64,000 nt of DNA from Candidatus Hydrogenedentales bacterium (lineage in GTDB: Bacteria > Hydrogenedentota > Hydrogenedentia > Hydrogenedentales > SLHB01). A program made the position numbers and the translations under genes. The notes below the pieces were generated by a model. The model searched no databases. It saw only the letters and a program-made list of their open reading frames with translations, and had not been told where the DNA came from. The stretch lies in assembly GCA_041859045.1 (NCBI GenBank), contig JBHELB010000071.1:19601-83600 (forward strand). Direction: 5' to 3'. Positions 62,782 through 64,000 of this stretch are shown piece after piece (position 1 is the stretch's first letter; every line of letters starts with the position of its first letter).

Positions 62782-64000
62782 GTGAAGCTCGAAAACGATG
62801 TCTTGCGCGTGGAATTGGATGCAGCGACGGGCGGGTTTGCGTCCATTTTCGATAAGCGGTTTGGCTGGGAGTATATCGGCGCGCCGGACCGCGCCCTGTT
62901 GTTTCGTCTGATCGCCCCTAAACCTGGCGCGGTCTATAACCACCTGAACGCCGCAGCGCCGCAAATCTCCGTCGACGGAATGAAAGCCACGCTGAAGTAC
63001 GCGCTGAACGGGGCGCAAGCGATCGCGGAACTCACGCTCGAGGGCGATGCGATTCTCGCGTCGCTTACCGTGACGAACACCGGCGACGTGAACATCGAGG
63101 AAGTGATGTTTCCGATGGTGCGCGCGCTGGCTCCGCTGCCCGGCGGCGAGTTCATTTGGCCGCTGTGGTTCCGCCGGCGCTATGGCGATCCGTTCGGCAA
63201 AGATTTCGGCGGCGATCACCTGACCTGGAACGAGTGGACGCAGAAACACGACGCCCGCTACCCCGGTCACCTGACCACGGCTTGGTGCGACTACTCGAAT
63301 GCCGGACACGGAATCGGGCTCGAAGGGCGTCATAAGGACTTCTCGATCCTCGACTTCTCCGCGCACAAGATCGTCGAGAAGACGCACGACCCGATTCGAC
63401 GCACGCTTGACCTCTACACGATCAATCCACACCGCGTGAAACCCGGCGAAACGTACACCGCGTCGCAGGTCCGCATCGCGGTGCACGCGGGCGATTGGCA
63501 TGCCACCGCCGACGCGCACAAGTCGTGGCTGGAGACGTGGGTGAAGAAGCCGGATCGCCCCAAGCGCTTCGCCGAAGCGATTGGGTGGCATTTCTACTTT
63601 ATGAAGCACCAGGACGACTACGTGGCGAACACCTACGCCGACCTGCCGAAGATGGCGCAGGCCGCGCTCGACGCCGGATGCCCGTACATCCTGCTGTTTG
63701 GTTGGCAGAGCGGCGGCCACGACAACAACTACATGTACCGTTACGTGCCAAACGAGGATTGGGGCGGCGCGAAGGCCCTGCGCGAGGGCGTCGAAAAGGC
63801 GCGGGCCATGGGCGTCGAGATCATGCCGTTCTACAACGGCACGCTGGCCAACACCGAAATGCCCGAACACAAGGAATTCGGTCACCGCTGGGAAGCGAAG
63901 ACCTATACCGGCCACCCTTATTACGCGGGCGACTGGGCGCGGCACAATTTCGACGCGCAGACACGCAACCGCGCGATGTTGCACCACGAGATCGCGCCGT
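62782..64000 (+). CDS. Protein of unknown function, 5' part only (runs off the window end); possibly glycoside-hydrolase-like
   Basis: Not in the ORF track because no stop lies in the window. GTG 62782 follows a GGGGGAG RBS. The translation VKLENDVLRVELDAATGGFASIFDKRFGWEYIG...GWHFYFMKHQDD...ILLFGWQSGGHDNNYMY... has normal protein composition. The 418-aa minus-strand ORF over the same DNA is Arg-rich shadow. Confidence 0.6.
   Translation, partial: MKLENDVLRVELDAATGGFASIFDKRFGWEYIGAPDRALLFRLIAPKPGAVYNHLNAAAPQISVDGMKATLKYALNGAQAIAELTLEGDAILASLTVTNTGDVNIEEVMFPMVRALAPLPGGEFIWPLWFRRRYGDPFGKDFGGDHLTWNEWTQKHDARYPGHLTTAWCDYSNAGHGIGLEGRHKDFSILDFSAHKIVEKTHDPIRRTLDLYTINPHRVKPGETYTASQVRIAVHAGDWHATADAHKSWLETWVKKPDRPKRFAEAIGWHFYFMKHQDDYVANTYADLPKMAQAALDAGCPYILLFGWQSGGHDNNYMYRYVPNEDWGGAKALREGVEKARAMGVEIMPFYNGTLANTEMPEHKEFGHRWEAKTYTGHPYYAGDWARHNFDAQTRNRAMLHHEIAP

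Noticed and set aside
62731-63987. 418-aa minus-strand ORF from the track
   Set aside because: It is Arg/Val/His-rich with low-complexity composition and no RBS. It is exactly antisense to a plus-strand frame that has a GGGGGAG RBS, a GTG start and normal protein composition but no stop inside the window. Treated as a high-G+C shadow ORF.

Overview
High-G+C bacterial chromosomal segment (about 60-65% by eye, with a few clearly lower-G+C patches). It is densely coding on both strands: about 55 protein genes and 2 tRNAs. I saw no rRNA, no CRISPR array and no intact transposon or prophage. Housekeeping anchors are hemH, hflX, rarA, dnaE, dapA-dapB, tRNA-Leu(UAA) and tRNA-Cys(GCA). The dominant theme is envelope glycoconjugate biosynthesis: a PseB/CapD-type dehydratase fragment, a WecA/MraY-type initiating transferase, four ArnT/PMT-like GT-C membrane glycosyltransferases, two GT2, two GT4 and one GT9. 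A sugar-tailoring dehydrogenase and a TIM-barrel isomerase sit in the same locus. A second theme is c-di-GMP and chemotaxis signalling (PilZ protein, MCP, HD-GYP variant, orphan OmpR-type regulator). The most unusual items follow. (1) A tightly coupled four-gene radical-SAM cassette (three cobalamin-type plus one SPASM/twitch-type) lies directly behind hflX with no visible substrate gene. (2) A perfect 86-bp direct repeat brackets a lower-G+C single-gene GT-C cassette inserted exactly at the overlapping stop codons of a glycosyltransferase and dnaE. (3) An orphan phage-tail-fibre-like gene with two tiny helical ORFs. (4) A low-G+C islet of three secreted proteins next to the tRNA pair. (5) Several families of long palindromic repeats and a promoter-plus-terminator-bounded candidate small RNA. 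Many long ORFs in the supplied track are antisense or alternative-frame shadows typical of high-G+C DNA and were not called. All functional calls rest on motifs read by eye; no database search was run.
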